A DNA stretch of 64,000 bases from Lama guanicoe. Lineage: Eukaryota. The stretch's first letter is position 1; every line of letters begins with the position of its first letter. Of the stretch, positions 63,850-64,000 are shown piece after piece. Position numbers and translations under genes: made by a program. Location: positions 3,293,032-3,357,031 of the forward strand of contig MU054400.1 of assembly GCA_013239625.1 (NCBI GenBank), in the 5' to 3' direction. The notes beneath the pieces were generated by a model that was not told the DNA's origin, ran no database searches, and worked only from the letters and a program-made list of their open reading frames with translations.

Positions 63850-64000
63850 ACGTCTTGGGTGGGGTTCCCCCAAAGCAGATGCTGAGATAAGGGTTCAAGT
63901 GCAAGGAGTGAACTTGGGCAGTGATCCAGGGGTGGAGCGGGAAGGGGGAGGAAGCCAAGAGCAGATGACCAACCAGCAGATCACCATGATGGACAACCGG
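63850..64000 (-). mobile_element. ERVL LTR (LTR16-like), runs off the window end
   Basis: TCTTGGGTGGGGTTCCCCCAAAGCAGATGCTGAGATAAGG..CAAGTGCAAG, the reverse complement of an LTR16-type 3' end. Confidence 0.6.

Noticed and set aside
1..64000. CRISPR arrays, operons or other prokaryotic systems
   Set aside because: The sequence is eukaryotic and repeat-rich; no repeat-spacer array or gene-dense structure seen

Overview
Mammalian genomic DNA, very probably camelid (Camelus/Vicugna/Lama). That call rests on six copies of a short tRNA-derived SINE resembling vic-1 and on cetartiodactyl-type L1 3' tails. The window is repeat-rich intronic or intergenic sequence: L1, L2, MIR, MaLR/ERVL/ERV1 solo LTRs, hAT MITEs and microsatellites. 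I could not recognise any intact protein-coding gene; the ORF track is chance ORFs plus L1 ORF2 remnants. The one gene-derived feature is a decayed STK33 kinase retrocopy at about 55.6-57.7 kb (+). It is mostly intron-free but carries one 116-bp GT...AG insert in its N-terminal coding region, so it looks semi-processed. Other points of note: a localised AT-to-GC substitution bias in repeats at about 53.9-54.3 kb (possible GC-biased gene conversion hotspot), a near-identical 2.17-kb tandem duplication with its junction at a (TA)n tract (possible assembly artefact), several nested insertions with readable target-site duplications (TSDs), and strong CTCF and RFX motifs. I found no convincing new biological system. 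Repeat family names come from pattern recognition rather than a database search, and many repeat boundaries are approximate.
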